A stretch of DNA of 64,000 nucleotides from an uncultured Planctomycetota bacterium (lineage in GTDB: Bacteria > Planctomycetota > Phycisphaerae > Tepidisphaerales > Tepidisphaeraceae), in NCBI GenBank assembly GCA_963841915.1, contig CAWJEN010000006.1:1600001-1664000 (forward strand), read 5' to 3'. How positions within the stretch are numbered: position 1 is the stretch's first letter; each line of letters begins with the position of its first letter. This document shows, piece by piece, positions 18,473 to 28,087 of this stretch. Both the position numbers and the translations under genes were made by a program. The notes beneath the pieces were generated by a model, which had not been told where the DNA came from, did no database searches, and worked only from the letters and a program-made list of their open reading frames with translations.

Positions 18473-20284
18473 ATGCGGGACTCGGGGAAGATCAAGGTCT
18501 ACACGACGATGGCCGCAACGGTGTGCGCGTTGACCGCGCTGCCGCTCGGCGTGCTGGGCTACGTCGCGGCCGGTGAGTCGTTGCTCAACGGCTTCTACAT
18601 GACGCTGCAGTTCTTCGCCCTGGGCGATCCTTACCCGGACGCGGCCAAGAACTTCATGCTCCACGTCGCCCGCCTGCTGGCCGCGGCGGCGGTGTCGCTG
18701 GCGGTGGTCATGACGGTGATGTCGCTTTGTGCCGACGTCTCACGACGATACTTTGCCCAAAGCTGGCGCAACCACGACATCGTCTGCGGCCTTGGAAATC
18801 GGGGCATCAACCTTGTGCACCAACTCGCCGCGACGCATCAGTGCGAGAGTGTCAAGGACCGCATCAAGGCCGCGATGTGGGGCGACCGCGCCATCGTCGC
18901 CATCGAACGCAACGAGCAGAACCCGCACCTCCAGACGGCGAGGCGGGCGGGCGCATTGGTCATCGTCGGCGATGCGACCAACCCCAATGTGCTCCACGAC
19001 GCGGCCGTGCGATCCGCGGCTCGGCTGTTCTCGTGTTGCGGCAAGGACGACGACACCGACGTCGCCGTCACCCTGGCGGCGGTGGACGAGGCGGCGAAGT
19101 CGACGCGTACCAAGCAGCTTCACATCTGCCCGGAGATCAACGATCCGACCATCCGCACGCTCATTCGGCAGTACGCCGCCCGGCAGAAACACGAAGGGCG
19201 TTCGGTGCTCGTGCACCCTTTCGACAACAACGAGCTCTCTGCTCGACGCCTGCTCGCCGACTACCCGCTCGACCATGATCGACAGCTCGGCCTTACATCG
19301 TTCAAGCACGCCCAGCTCGTCATCATCGGATTCGGCCCGCTCGGTCAGGCGGTGCTGTTGCAGGCGATGCACGTGGGGCACTTTGCCAATCGCAGTGTGT
19401 TGCGCGTCACGCTGATCGATCCGGACATTGACACACTGTATCGCCGATTTGTGGCGGCCCATCCGAACCTCGGCCGCAGAGGGTTGCAACGGCCCGCACG
19501 CATCCGCCGCCGTGGCATGCACCCGCTGGACCCGCGGCTGTGCATGTTTCTCAACGACATCGCCGACAATCCCGAAGCAGTCGTAACCGTTGTCGTGTGC
19601 CTCGGCGTCGCAACAGAGGCGGTCCGACTGGTCGACCAGACTCGTCGTGCCACTGCGGCGGACAACGTCAGGTTGCTCGTCCGCGTTCCGAACAATCGTG
19701 GGTTCGGCCGCTTGCTTCACCCCGAAAGCGAGGCGAATCGTGAGGTGGACGGCGTCGCCTTTCCAAACGTGTACGACTTCAGCCCGGCCACTGACATCGA
19801 TCCCGCGGCCATTCGCGACGAGCATCATGACAAGCTGGCCCAGGCGATTCACCACGCATATCGCACCAGGACCACATTCGGCGAGAACCTACCCGATGCA
19901 AAGCCGCAGCAGCGGCCTTGGAACGAGCTCGACGAGATCTTTCGCATTTCCAATCGGGCGGCGGCTGACTTTGTGCCGTTACTCTGGCGGACGTTCGGCT
20001 TTGAGATCATCGCCGCAAAGTCTGCGGATCAAAGAAATCGGGTGAAGGAGGTGCCGTCGCACTTGCACGAGGTCATGGCCCAGCTCGAACACGAGCGCTG
20101 GTGCAGCGAGCGGTTCTTGTCCGGCTGGCAGCGCGACGCGGTTCGCGACGACTCGCGTCGGCGGCATCCGGATCTGGTCCCGTGGGCCACGCTCGACGCA
20201 GCGTCGAAGCAGCACAATCGGGACCAAGTCAGCTCGCACGTCACCATTCTCAGCCAGATCGGCTATGTCGTCCTCCCAGCCTGA
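18473..20284 (+). CDS. Membrane protein with TrkA-N/RCK-like NAD-binding domains and a C-terminal RyR domain
   Basis: N-terminal TM segments around FYMTLQFFALG; IVCGLGNRG and LVIIGFGPLG Rossmann motifs; RyR-type LAQAIHHAY...PWNEL and MAQLEHERW...GW...RDDSRRRHPDLVPWATL. Confidence 0.8.
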   Translation: MRDSGKIKVYTTMAATVCALTALPLGVLGYVAAGESLLNGFYMTLQFFALGDPYPDAAKNFMLHVARLLAAAAVSLAVVMTVMSLCADVSRRYFAQSWRNHDIVCGLGNRGINLVHQLAATHQCESVKDRIKAAMWGDRAIVAIERNEQNPHLQTARRAGALVIVGDATNPNVLHDAAVRSAARLFSCCGKDDDTDVAVTLAAVDEAAKSTRTKQLHICPEINDPTIRTLIRQYAARQKHEGRSVLVHPFDNNELSARRLLADYPLDHDRQLGLTSFKHAQLVIIGFGPLGQAVLLQAMHVGHFANRSVLRVTLIDPDIDTLYRRFVAAHPNLGRRGLQRPARIRRRGMHPLDPRLCMFLNDIADNPEAVVTVVVCLGVATEAVRLVDQTRRATAADNVRLLVRVPNNRGFGRLLHPESEANREVDGVAFPNVYDFSPATDIDPAAIRDEHHDKLAQAIHHAYRTRTTFGENLPDAKPQQRPWNELDEIFRISNRAAADFVPLLWRTFGFEIIAAKSADQRNRVKEVPSHLHEVMAQLEHERWCSERFLSGWQRDAVRDDSRRRHPDLVPWATLDAASKQHNRDQVSSHVTILSQIGYVVLPA

Positions 20285-20296
20285 TCGGAGACTTCC

Positions 20297-21190
20297 TTGA
20301 GCACAGCGATAGACGAAGTGGCTCGACAAGCCGCCTCCGAAGAAGCCAGGCAGGCCCTCATCAACGGGCAGCCGTACGAGGCGTTGTCGGCAATCTGCCG
20401 GGCCATCCGGCTGACGCCGCGAACGGCCCAAGGCGACGACGTCCTAGCAAGCAAAGTTGCGGCATTGAAACATTTCGCCGAGATACACCCGCAGACGCAA
20501 GGGACCATCTGGTGTCAGTGGGTCTTGACACTCGCCATTGCCGTACGCCGACTCAGCGACGGGGCGACGGACGTACCCGCCGACGTGAAGGTGCTCGCCG
20601 GCAAGCGTGTGACCGGCCCGATCATGTTTGTGGCTGGCGGTTGCGAGGATGCGCATTCTGTTGAGTGGGCACGCCTCGTCGATCTGCTCGATGGTGCGCT
20701 AGGCGACGTTGAACGCACGCTTGTGTCCGGCGGCACGAGGTCGGGCGTGAGCCAACTTGTAGGCGATCTAATCGAGCGACGCCCGCACTGCCGCCGTGGC
20801 ATGTGCTGGCTGCCGGACGAGATGCCTTCGGACGTGAGTATCGATGAGCGGTACGAGGACCGCCGGGTCAGCGAGGTCGGTGACGGTGCGTCGGGCTTTA
20901 CACCTGCCGAGCCGCTGCGATCTTGGATGACGGTGCTCGCCTCGGGAATTGCGCCGGCCGATGTGGTGCTGCTCGGCATCAACGGTGGTCGCATCTCTGG
21001 CTTCGAATACGAGCTGGCTGCCACGCTTGGCGCTCGCGTCGGACTGCTGCATCCGACGGGTCGCGCGGTGGACGCGCTGCACGCGCAGCGTCATCGCCTT
21101 GAGCAGCCGAGTGTGGAGTTTCTTCCGCTCGAACAGGCTCGAATCGCCGCCTTCGTCTCGCGTGATCAATTCGGAGTCGAGGCATCGTGA
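20297..21190 (+). CDS. SLOG-domain protein (TRPM/LSDAT-like) with helical N-terminus
   Basis: IMFVAGG, LVSGGTRSGVSQLVG, LGINGGRIS and TGRAVDAL resemble TRPM/LSDAT SLOG motifs (GGTxxGV, NGG, SGRxAD). Confidence 0.65.
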   Translation: MSTAIDEVARQAASEEARQALINGQPYEALSAICRAIRLTPRTAQGDDVLASKVAALKHFAEIHPQTQGTIWCQWVLTLAIAVRRLSDGATDVPADVKVLAGKRVTGPIMFVAGGCEDAHSVEWARLVDLLDGALGDVERTLVSGGTRSGVSQLVGDLIERRPHCRRGMCWLPDEMPSDVSIDERYEDRRVSEVGDGASGFTPAEPLRSWMTVLASGIAPADVVLLGINGGRISGFEYELAATLGARVGLLHPTGRAVDALHAQRHRLEQPSVEFLPLEQARIAAFVSRDQFGVEAS

Positions 21191-22269
21191 AGCGCATCAT
21201 CAGCATCGACGGCGGTGGCATTCGCGGCGTCTTTTCGCTGCAGATTCTGAAGCGCATCGAGCTGCTTTATCGAGAGCGACACGCCAAAGCCGATCTCGTG
21301 TTGGCGGACGTCATCGACTTCTTCGCCGGGACCAGCACCGGCGCGATTGTCGCGACATGTTTGAGTTGGGGCATGTCAGTCGACGAGGTCGAGCGGCTGT
21401 ATGTTGAAGAGGGCGGGCGCATGTTTTCAAGAGCCGGCGTGCTGGAGCGGTGGTGGTCAAAGTACCGGCCGCACGCGTTGGCGGACATGTTTCGTGAGCT
21501 GTTCCTGGAAGATGACGGTGCACCCGCTGATCTTGGCAGCGGCAAGCTGCGGACGCGACTGCTCGTCGTGATGCGAAACGCGACGACCGGTTCGCCCTGG
21601 CCGATCACGAACAATCCGGAGGCGTTGTTCAACGACGAGTCGCTGGCCGACTGCAACTTGCGGATCCCAATCTGGCAGTTGCTTCGGGGCAGCACTGCGG
21701 CACCGACTTACTTCGAACCCGAGCGCATCGTGCTCGGCAGTCAATGCTTCCTCTTCGTCGACGGCGGCGTGACGCCTTACAACAACCCGGCGATGCTGGC
21801 AGTCCTGAAGGCGACGCTGCCTTGCTACCGGATGAACTGGCCGACCGGCGTCGACAAGCTGCACGTGACCTCCGTCGGCACCGGGAGCTTTCGCAGCGTG
21901 CTCGGGAAAACCCGCGCCAGCCGCCTGCGACGCATCGGCCTTTTGGACCAGCTCAAAGTTCTTCCCAACGCGTTGCTCGGATCGGTCTCTGACCAGCAGG
22001 ACCTGATGTGCCGCGTCATGGGTAACTGCATCCACGGGCACCCGATTGACAGTGAGATCGGCGACCAAATCGAGCGAAGCGACGACGCGCCAACACGCAA
22101 GCAATTCACGTACGTCCGCTACAACCGGCGTCTTGATGTTGTAGACGCGACAACGACGCTGCCGCCGTTGCTCGACGCGACGCTCGATAACCTGGCCCTC
22201 ATTCCGCGGCTGATGGAACTCGGCCACGCGTACGCAGAAGCGTCGGTCGAGGAACGGCATCTGCTGTGA
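21187..22269 (+). CDS. Patatin-like phospholipase
   Basis: SIDGGGIRG, AGTSTG (catalytic Ser), STAAPTYF, FVDGG (catalytic Asp); 4-bp overlap with the upstream gene. Confidence 0.92.
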   Translation: MKRIISIDGGGIRGVFSLQILKRIELLYRERHAKADLVLADVIDFFAGTSTGAIVATCLSWGMSVDEVERLYVEEGGRMFSRAGVLERWWSKYRPHALADMFRELFLEDDGAPADLGSGKLRTRLLVVMRNATTGSPWPITNNPEALFNDESLADCNLRIPIWQLLRGSTAAPTYFEPERIVLGSQCFLFVDGGVTPYNNPAMLAVLKATLPCYRMNWPTGVDKLHVTSVGTGSFRSVLGKTRASRLRRIGLLDQLKVLPNALLGSVSDQQDLMCRVMGNCIHGHPIDSEIGDQIERSDDAPTRKQFTYVRYNRRLDVVDATTTLPPLLDATLDNLALIPRLMELGHAYAEASVEERHLL

Positions 22270-22275
22270 GCCAAC

Positions 22276-23613
22276 TCACTGCATGGCGGGATCGGGGCGG
22301 AAGCCGACGAGCTTCATGCTGCGCTGCAGGTCGGGGTCCTGCATGCTCGTTCGCCAGACGGCACCATCGCGGTGGTTCTCGATCATGAGCATTGTGATGC
22401 CGACGTCGATGCCGATGACGTCGGGTGCGACCCAGCCCTTGGCGTCGTCAGGCCCGAGCGTCGGGTCCGGGTAGAAGGAGTCGACGAAGCCGTAGTGCTG
22501 CCAGATGGTGTCGCCGTACTGGTCGTACATTGCCCGGATGGCGGCGGTGCACTCTTCAGGTGCGAAGACGATCGAGCCTGTCGACGCACAAGGTGTGAGC
22601 AGGCCGTCGATCTTGTCGATGAGTGCCGGCCCGCCCATCCAGCCGCGGTAGCCCTCTGGGCCGTCGCACGACGTCAGGCCCCAGATGTTCTCGCCCCAAC
22701 CAGGGAACCGGTCGGCGTAGTCGATGCACATCTGCCGCTGGGCCAGTGTGGCAATTCGCGAGTTCTCAAAGTAGTTGATGTAGTCGTCCCGCTTGTCGCG
22801 CAGGTCGAGCCACGCCATCGCGTACTGGTGCGTGAACAGTGCGTGACACTGCAGGTAGGTGTAGTCGCCGTAGGTGATGTTCGGCTCGCGACTGAACGCG
22901 TCCCACGCCTCGGGCGGCAGCGGGTGGGTCGGCGAGCCGATCGCCATCAGCAGCATGTGCTTTAACTCGGAATAGTGGTCCCAGCGATACTCGATAAAGC
23001 CAGTCTCCGGCCGCCAACCCATCGTCAGCGTCGCCTCGCCGTTGGTCATCCAGGGCCAGTCGATACGCTCGTAAATCTTCGTTGCAAGCTCGTCTATCTC
23101 GGCGTCATCGAAGTACGCCCGCGTGTGCAGTACGCCCGCCAGCAGCAGGGCCGTGTCGATGCTGGACAATTCGCAATCCCAAACGCGTTCGCCGGTGTTG
23201 CTGTCGACGAAATGGTAGAAGAAACCCTTTACGTGCGGCAGGTCGTTGTAGATAAATCGCAGCGTCTTGAGCACGCGATCGCGAGCCTGATCTTCTTCGA
23301 GCCAGCCACGTTCGTCGGCGACGCACAAGGCAGTGAGGCCGAATCCCGTCGACGCAATGGAGGCGACATCGTATCGCGTCGAGCCGTCCGCGCGAGCGCG
23401 GTCGGCGACAAGGCCGGTCCGCTCATTGGCCTGCTCCCAAAAGAACTTAAATGACCGCTTCGACAGCTCGTTGAGCAGAGCCGCGTCCGACTGCAGCGCC
23501 GCTTCGACGGCTGCCTGCTGCTGCTGCGGCTGCGGCAGTGGCTCGGCGGTGGTCTGGCAACCGCTAAGGGCAATGCCGAGGACGAGCCAAATCGGGTAAA
23601 AGTACTTGTTCAT
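22276..23613 (-). CDS. Glucoamylase-like/GH144 (endo-beta-1,2-glucanase-type) lipoprotein
   Basis: Lipobox LSGC; FKFFWEQAN..TGLVADR, ASIASTGFGL, GFFYHF, ELSSIDTALL, YGFVDSF, IGIDVG. Confidence 0.8.
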   Translation of the reverse strand: MNKYFYPIWLVLGIALSGCQTTAEPLPQPQQQQAAVEAALQSDAALLNELSKRSFKFFWEQANERTGLVADRARADGSTRYDVASIASTGFGLTALCVADERGWLEEDQARDRVLKTLRFIYNDLPHVKGFFYHFVDSNTGERVWDCELSSIDTALLLAGVLHTRAYFDDAEIDELATKIYERIDWPWMTNGEATLTMGWRPETGFIEYRWDHYSELKHMLLMAIGSPTHPLPPEAWDAFSREPNITYGDYTYLQCHALFTHQYAMAWLDLRDKRDDYINYFENSRIATLAQRQMCIDYADRFPGWGENIWGLTSCDGPEGYRGWMGGPALIDKIDGLLTPCASTGSIVFAPEECTAAIRAMYDQYGDTIWQHYGFVDSFYPDPTLGPDDAKGWVAPDVIGIDVGITMLMIENHRDGAVWRTSMQDPDLQRSMKLVGFRPDPAMQ

Positions 23614-23686
23614 GTGAAATGCACCTACACAAACGCTTAGCAAGTTCCCGAGCCTGCTCAGCGAGATACGGCGATGTGGTATGGGT

Positions 23687-24460
23687 TCAATAGGTGACGG
23701 CAACGTTCTGCTGCGTCAGCTGGCCGATCTTCAAGTTCTCGGCGTGGCCGTCGTGGAAGACGACGTTGGCAGAGCCTTGCGTCTCGCTGACACTGCTGCC
23801 GTGCCGGTACCGGAACGCGCCTGGTCGACCGACGATGTCGACGTTATTGACCGTCGGCAACGGGGCGCTCGCGTCAATTTCGGACACCTCGTCCGGCTGA
23901 TAAACGAAGCCGTCGGGTGCCGCATTCGTCAGGTCGGTGAAGTAGACGAATTCGTGGCTGCCACCGTTGGGATTGCCGCCGGTTTCTTTCACCTGATTGA
24001 CATCGCCAAAGGCAAAGATTTCCGTCGACCTCGGTACGCTGCTGATCTTCTCCGTCGGCCTGGGCGGCACAACGTAGTCAGGTGAAAAGATGAAGGTGCC
24101 GAGGTTTACGCCGTATGTAGTGAAAAACGGCTCAGTCTCCTCGATAAGCGCAGCCGGGCATTGCGACGCCTCGGCTATGCTGCCCCGTTTCTCATCCTGA
24201 TTCAGGTACAGTCGCAGTGTCCGGTTCACGAGCTCGTTGTTGGGTGCCCACGCGTACGGCAGGCTTGAGTCGTTGTCCGAGACGTAAAGCAACACGCTCG
24301 TAAACACCTGCTTTTGGTTAGACAGACACTGAACGCTCCGCGCCGAGGCGCGGGCGCTGTTGAGCGTCGGTAGCAAGATGGCCACCAACGTGGCGATGAT
24401 GCCGATCACGACAAGTAGTTCGACCAGCGTGAAGGCAGTCCGGCAAGTTGTGTGGGCCAT
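23687..24460 (-). CDS. Prepilin-type N-terminal/DUF1559 H-X9-DG protein
   Basis: [29 protein letters not shown]...[11 protein letters not shown]. Confidence 0.88.
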   Translation of the reverse strand: MAHTTCRTAFTLVELLVVIGIIATLVAILLPTLNSARASARSVQCLSNQKQVFTSVLLYVSDNDSSLPYAWAPNNELVNRTLRLYLNQDEKRGSIAEASQCPAALIEETEPFFTTYGVNLGTFIFSPDYVVPPRPTEKISSVPRSTEIFAFGDVNQVKETGGNPNGGSHEFVYFTDLTNAAPDGFVYQPDEVSEIDASAPLPTVNNVDIVGRPGAFRYRHGSSVSETQGSANVVFHDGHAENLKIGQLTQQNVAVTY

Positions 24461-24506
24461 CGGTTGCTCCTCCAGAAGAAAGCGTACGGAAAGGCATTTG
24501 GATGCT

Positions 24507-25136
24507 TTAGCGGCGACGGCGTGTTGCCATGCCCAGCAGCGCGACAAGACCAGCCGCCGCCGATGTCGGCTCCGGAACGACTGAGATCGAGAAGTCGTCG
24601 AAGATCAGGAAGTCGGTGTCGTTGAACGTCGCACCGGCTGGAATGAAGACGACGCCGCTGATTTCGATGGCTTCGGTGCCGAAGGGCACCACCGCCTCAG
24701 GCGTGGTCATCTGCATGAACGGCTGGTCACTCGTCACTGCAGGCGACTGAACGCTCAAGAGGGTTCCGCCGGCGGCATCAAGGTACTTGAGCTGGACGAA
24801 AGATTCCGAAGCCTCGTTGGCTGCAGCAGCAAGGAAGGCGCTGGCCGTGTACGTGTCGCCGACGGAGAAGCCGTCGTCAAGAACCTGTGCCACACCGCGA
24901 AAGGCGTCCGATGTTGCGCCCGGAAGCACGTCGTTGACTGCGCCTGCAATACCCGAGTTGGCATCGCCCGGCCCACCGATCCGCCAGCCTTCGCCGAAAG
25001 TGATCCAGTCGGTGAAGCCGTCAACCGGCGCTTCAAAGCTCGGGTTGCTGACGATGGGTGCGGCATCCACTGCACTGGCAGCGATGCCCAAGGTGGCCAC
25101 CGTCGCAGCAACGACTACATGTTTGGTCAGATTCAT
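24507..25136 (-). CDS. PEP-CTERM protein with CBM-like domain
   Basis: Signal peptide, NPSFE start, FDDF, ends VPEP...RRRR. Confidence 0.88.
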   Translation of the reverse strand: MNLTKHVVVAATVATLGIAASAVDAAPIVSNPSFEAPVDGFTDWITFGEGWRIGGPGDANSGIAGAVNDVLPGATSDAFRGVAQVLDDGFSVGDTYTASAFLAAAANEASESFVQLKYLDAAGGTLLSVQSPAVTSDQPFMQMTTPEAVVPFGTEAIEISGVVFIPAGATFNDTDFLIFDDFSISVVPEPTSAAAGLVALLGMATRRRR

Positions 25137-25205
25137 AGTTTCTCCTCAGAAGTTGAAGTCCGCTAACTCGCCAGGCGACGTTGCCAGGCGGGCGGCGGTC
25201 TGTGT

Positions 25206-25781
25206 CTATTGCTTTTGCTGATTCCAACGCACGTCGTCGATCAGGAACGCGCCGCCTGTAGGTGCGTCGCCCGCTCGAAGCGTGATGACAATGCGGACTC
25301 GGTCGGCCCCTTGCGGCGCTGTCGCAGGGAGCGTCATCGTCGTCCATTCGTCGGCGGGTAGCTCCTGGCCCCAGTCTCCCGAGTAGCTGCGGCCGACTTC
25401 TTCGTTGCCTCGAAGCCACTCCAGGGAAAGCTGCCCGCGGACCGTGCCGCTCAGCGGGTCGGCCATGTCGTTCTGGACCTGGGCAGTCAGCACGACGGGC
25501 TGACCTGCCGTAACGGCGACGACCTGCGAGAGGCCATGAAAGCTGCCGGGCTTGTCGCGGCTCGAGAATCGGCACGCCTGCTTGCCGTCGATGGCGGCAG
25601 TGTCGACAACGCCGACCTCGACGGGATCGGTGTCAGAGGTGAAGAGGTTCCAGTCGCTCGGCAGAACGACGATGCCGCCTCGACTGTCCGGGCCGGGTTG
25701 CTCAAAGCTCGCGTTATCAATGGCTGCCGCTTGCGACACAAGCAGAATTGTTCCGAGCAGGGCGTGGCGTAGACCATTCAT
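25206..25781 (-). CDS. Secreted galactose-binding/CBM-like protein
   Basis: Signal peptide, NASFEQ start, IDDVR end, as in CBM4/9-like folds. Confidence 0.6.
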   Translation of the reverse strand: MNGLRHALLGTILLVSQAAAIDNASFEQPGPDSRGGIVVLPSDWNLFTSDTDPVEVGVVDTAAIDGKQACRFSSRDKPGSFHGLSQVVAVTAGQPVVLTAQVQNDMADPLSGTVRGQLSLEWLRGNEEVGRSYSGDWGQELPADEWTTMTLPATAPQGADRVRIVITLRAGDAPTGGAFLIDDVRWNQQKQ

Positions 25782-26806
25782 GAGCGTGCTCCTGTGGTGG
25801 ATTGGCGGACGATGAGTTCACAGTCGAGCACCTGCGGCGACATCGAAACGCTCTGCCCCCTCGACAACGCAACAGCCGTCCGGCAAGCGCGACGGCCCAT
25901 TTCCCGCATAGGCGAACGCACGGTCGTCATCTGCAAGTGCCGTGTGGCTGAGATGTCATCAAATCCGACGAGCAGGACGTCGCCCGGGATCTCAAGTCCG
26001 GTCTCGAGAATGGCTTGGCGTGCACCGAGGGCCATGTCGTCGTTGAGAGCAAAGATGGCGTCAGGCCGGTCGCCCTCCGCAAGACGTCGGCGGGTCTCCT
26101 CGAGTGCGAGGGACTCTGAAAATGCACCTGGCCACACAGTAAGCTCGACGTCTTTTGCCGCGGCAGACCGCATGACACGCTTACAACCGCGAAGGCGTTG
26201 CTGGGCGTCGTAGTTGTCCTTTGGCCCGGCAATGACAGTAATGTTCTTGCAGCCGGCCTCGATGAGGTGTGCGAACGCTGCCTTAGCCGCGCCGTAGTTG
26301 TCGACAACGATGGCCGGTATGTGCTCGTCTTTCACCGGGCGGTCGAGGACGACGAGCGGGACTTGCTGCTTGAGGGCCGTCTGGATAACAGAGGCGTCGA
26401 GCATGACATTCATGACCATCACCGCCGCCGCCCGGCCGTCGCTGAGGCATTGCTTGAGAAGGTTCTGCTCGTCTGCCCGGTGACGGGTGAGCAGCGTGTT
26501 GACCTGGAAACCGGACGCCGCCGCCTCTTCGTCGATGCCGTCAAGCACCTCGGCGAAGAAGCCGCTGGCCACGACGGGGAAGACCACCGTCAGCACGGTC
26601 GAGCGGCCACCTGCAAGGGCCCGGGCGGCCTGGTGCGGAACGTAGTTGAGTTCCCGGGCGGCCTGTGTGACGCGGAGCAGCGTCTCGGGCCGAACACTCG
26701 GATGGCCGTTGAGCGCCCGCGACACCGTCGCCGGCGAGAGGCCAGCCCGCTGCGACACCGCGTGGAGCGTGGCAGGCTTCTTGCTGATGAAAGCGCTTTC
26801 ACCCAT
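25778..26806 (-). CDS. LacI-family transcriptional regulator
   Basis: TLHAVSQRAGLSPATVSRALNG, LNYVPHQAARAL, PDAIFALND, VGFDD, LIVRQST; start uncertain. Confidence 0.93.
   Translation of the reverse strand: MGESAFISKKPATLHAVSQRAGLSPATVSRALNGHPSVRPETLLRVTQAARELNYVPHQAARALAGGRSTVLTVVFPVVASGFFAEVLDGIDEEAAASGFQVNTLLTRHRADEQNLLKQCLSDGRAAAVMVMNVMLDASVIQTALKQQVPLVVLDRPVKDEHIPAIVVDNYGAAKAAFAHLIEAGCKNITVIAGPKDNYDAQQRLRGCKRVMRSAAAKDVELTVWPGAFSESLALEETRRRLAEGDRPDAIFALNDDMALGARQAILETGLEIPGDVLLVGFDDISATRHLQMTTVRSPMREMGRRACRTAVALSRGQSVSMSPQVLDCELIVRQSTTGARS
26788..26801. promoter_or_regulatory. LacI-type operator at the start of the lacI-like gene
   Basis: Perfect palindrome TGAAAGCGCTTTCA. Confidence 0.65.
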
Positions 26807-26887
26807 TGCTGCAATGTACAACACGCCAGCCGTGTGTCAACCTCACTTCGCGGCAACTCCGCGTCGTTCGACGGCGTGGCAGTGGCT

Positions 26888-28087
26888 CTAGCCCTTCACC
26901 GCACCGGCTGTCAGGCCCGCGATGAACTCTTTCTGCAGCATGAGGAACAGCACCAGCACCGGCGTGATCGCGACGAGCGTGCCGGCCATGATGAGGCCGT
27001 AGTCGATGCCATACACGCCGCGAAGTTGGCTGATCCAGACGGCCAGCGGAAACTTGTCCGGCGTCTGGAGCACGATCTGCGGGCCGATGAAGTTGTTCCA
27101 CGCGCCGAGGTATGTGATGAGCAGAAACGCACCGATCATCGGTCGGACCATCGGCATGGCCATCTGGAAGAACATGCGGATCTCGCCGCACCCGTCGATG
27201 CGGGCTGCTTCCATCATCTCGTCCGGCACGCCGCCAATCATCGCCTGGCGGAACAGGTAGACGCCAAACGCCGGCGCAAGTCCGGGCAGGATGAGACCGA
27301 GGTATGAGTCGAGCAGGCCAAGCCAATAGAGCAACTGGTAGCTCGGCGCGATGAGCAGGGCACCTGGAATGACAAGTGCTGCCAACACGGTGTTGTCGAC
27401 GAGGTTTCTGCCGCGAAAGCGAAGCTTGGCCAAGGCATAACCACCCATGGCCGCACCGAGTGTGGCCAACACTGCGGTGACCGACGCGTAGTAGAAGCTG
27501 TTGGCTAGCGCTCGAATGACGCCGGTGGAAATGCGCTTGTCGGCCATGCCGTCGCCGTCGGTGTCCTGCGGGACGCCGTTGATGAGTCGGTCAAAGTTGT
27601 CATCAGTTAGCAGGCCCCAGGCCACACCGGCAAAGCCTGAGTCGTTACCGCCGACGACGGCGTAGATGGGCGTGCCTGCATCGGGGGCATCGTCTATGTC
27701 GGCAGGTATTACGCGGCCCAGTGGCGAGCCGACGACGGGTTCGCTTGGAATAACAAAGTCAGCGTCTTGCGTTTGCCAGCCGATGGTAATCGCTTGGCGG
27801 CCAGCCTCGACGCCGCCGTACATCGTGCCGACCTCAATGTCGTAGATGCGTGACTCGTCGACGGGCGGGAGCAGGGTGATGTCGCCCATCGACAAGTCGG
27901 CCGTGCCAGGGTCGAGCTGGAACAACGGCGTGTCGGGTAGGAAGGGCGAGCTGAAGAAGACGCTCTTGGGTTTGATCGACGAAGCCGCCATGTAGGCGAA
28001 CGGCACGAGCGTGACGATCGACCAGAAGATCAGGGCCGTGTACAGCAGGATACTGTTGATGCGGGCAGAAGCAGGTTTGACGCTCAT
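26888..28087 (-). CDS. Carbohydrate ABC transporter permease (MalG-like) with a large extracytoplasmic insert
   Basis: GYALAKLRFRG, EAARIDGCGE (EAA loop), LQKEFIAGLTAGAVKG. Confidence 0.92.
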   Translation of the reverse strand: MSVKPASARINSILLYTALIFWSIVTLVPFAYMAASSIKPKSVFFSSPFLPDTPLFQLDPGTADLSMGDITLLPPVDESRIYDIEVGTMYGGVEAGRQAITIGWQTQDADFVIPSEPVVGSPLGRVIPADIDDAPDAGTPIYAVVGGNDSGFAGVAWGLLTDDNFDRLINGVPQDTDGDGMADKRISTGVIRALANSFYYASVTAVLATLGAAMGGYALAKLRFRGRNLVDNTVLAALVIPGALLIAPSYQLLYWLGLLDSYLGLILPGLAPAFGVYLFRQAMIGGVPDEMMEAARIDGCGEIRMFFQMAMPMVRPMIGAFLLITYLGAWNNFIGPQIVLQTPDKFPLAVWISQLRGVYGIDYGLIMAGTLVAITPVLVLFLMLQKEFIAGLTAGAVKG

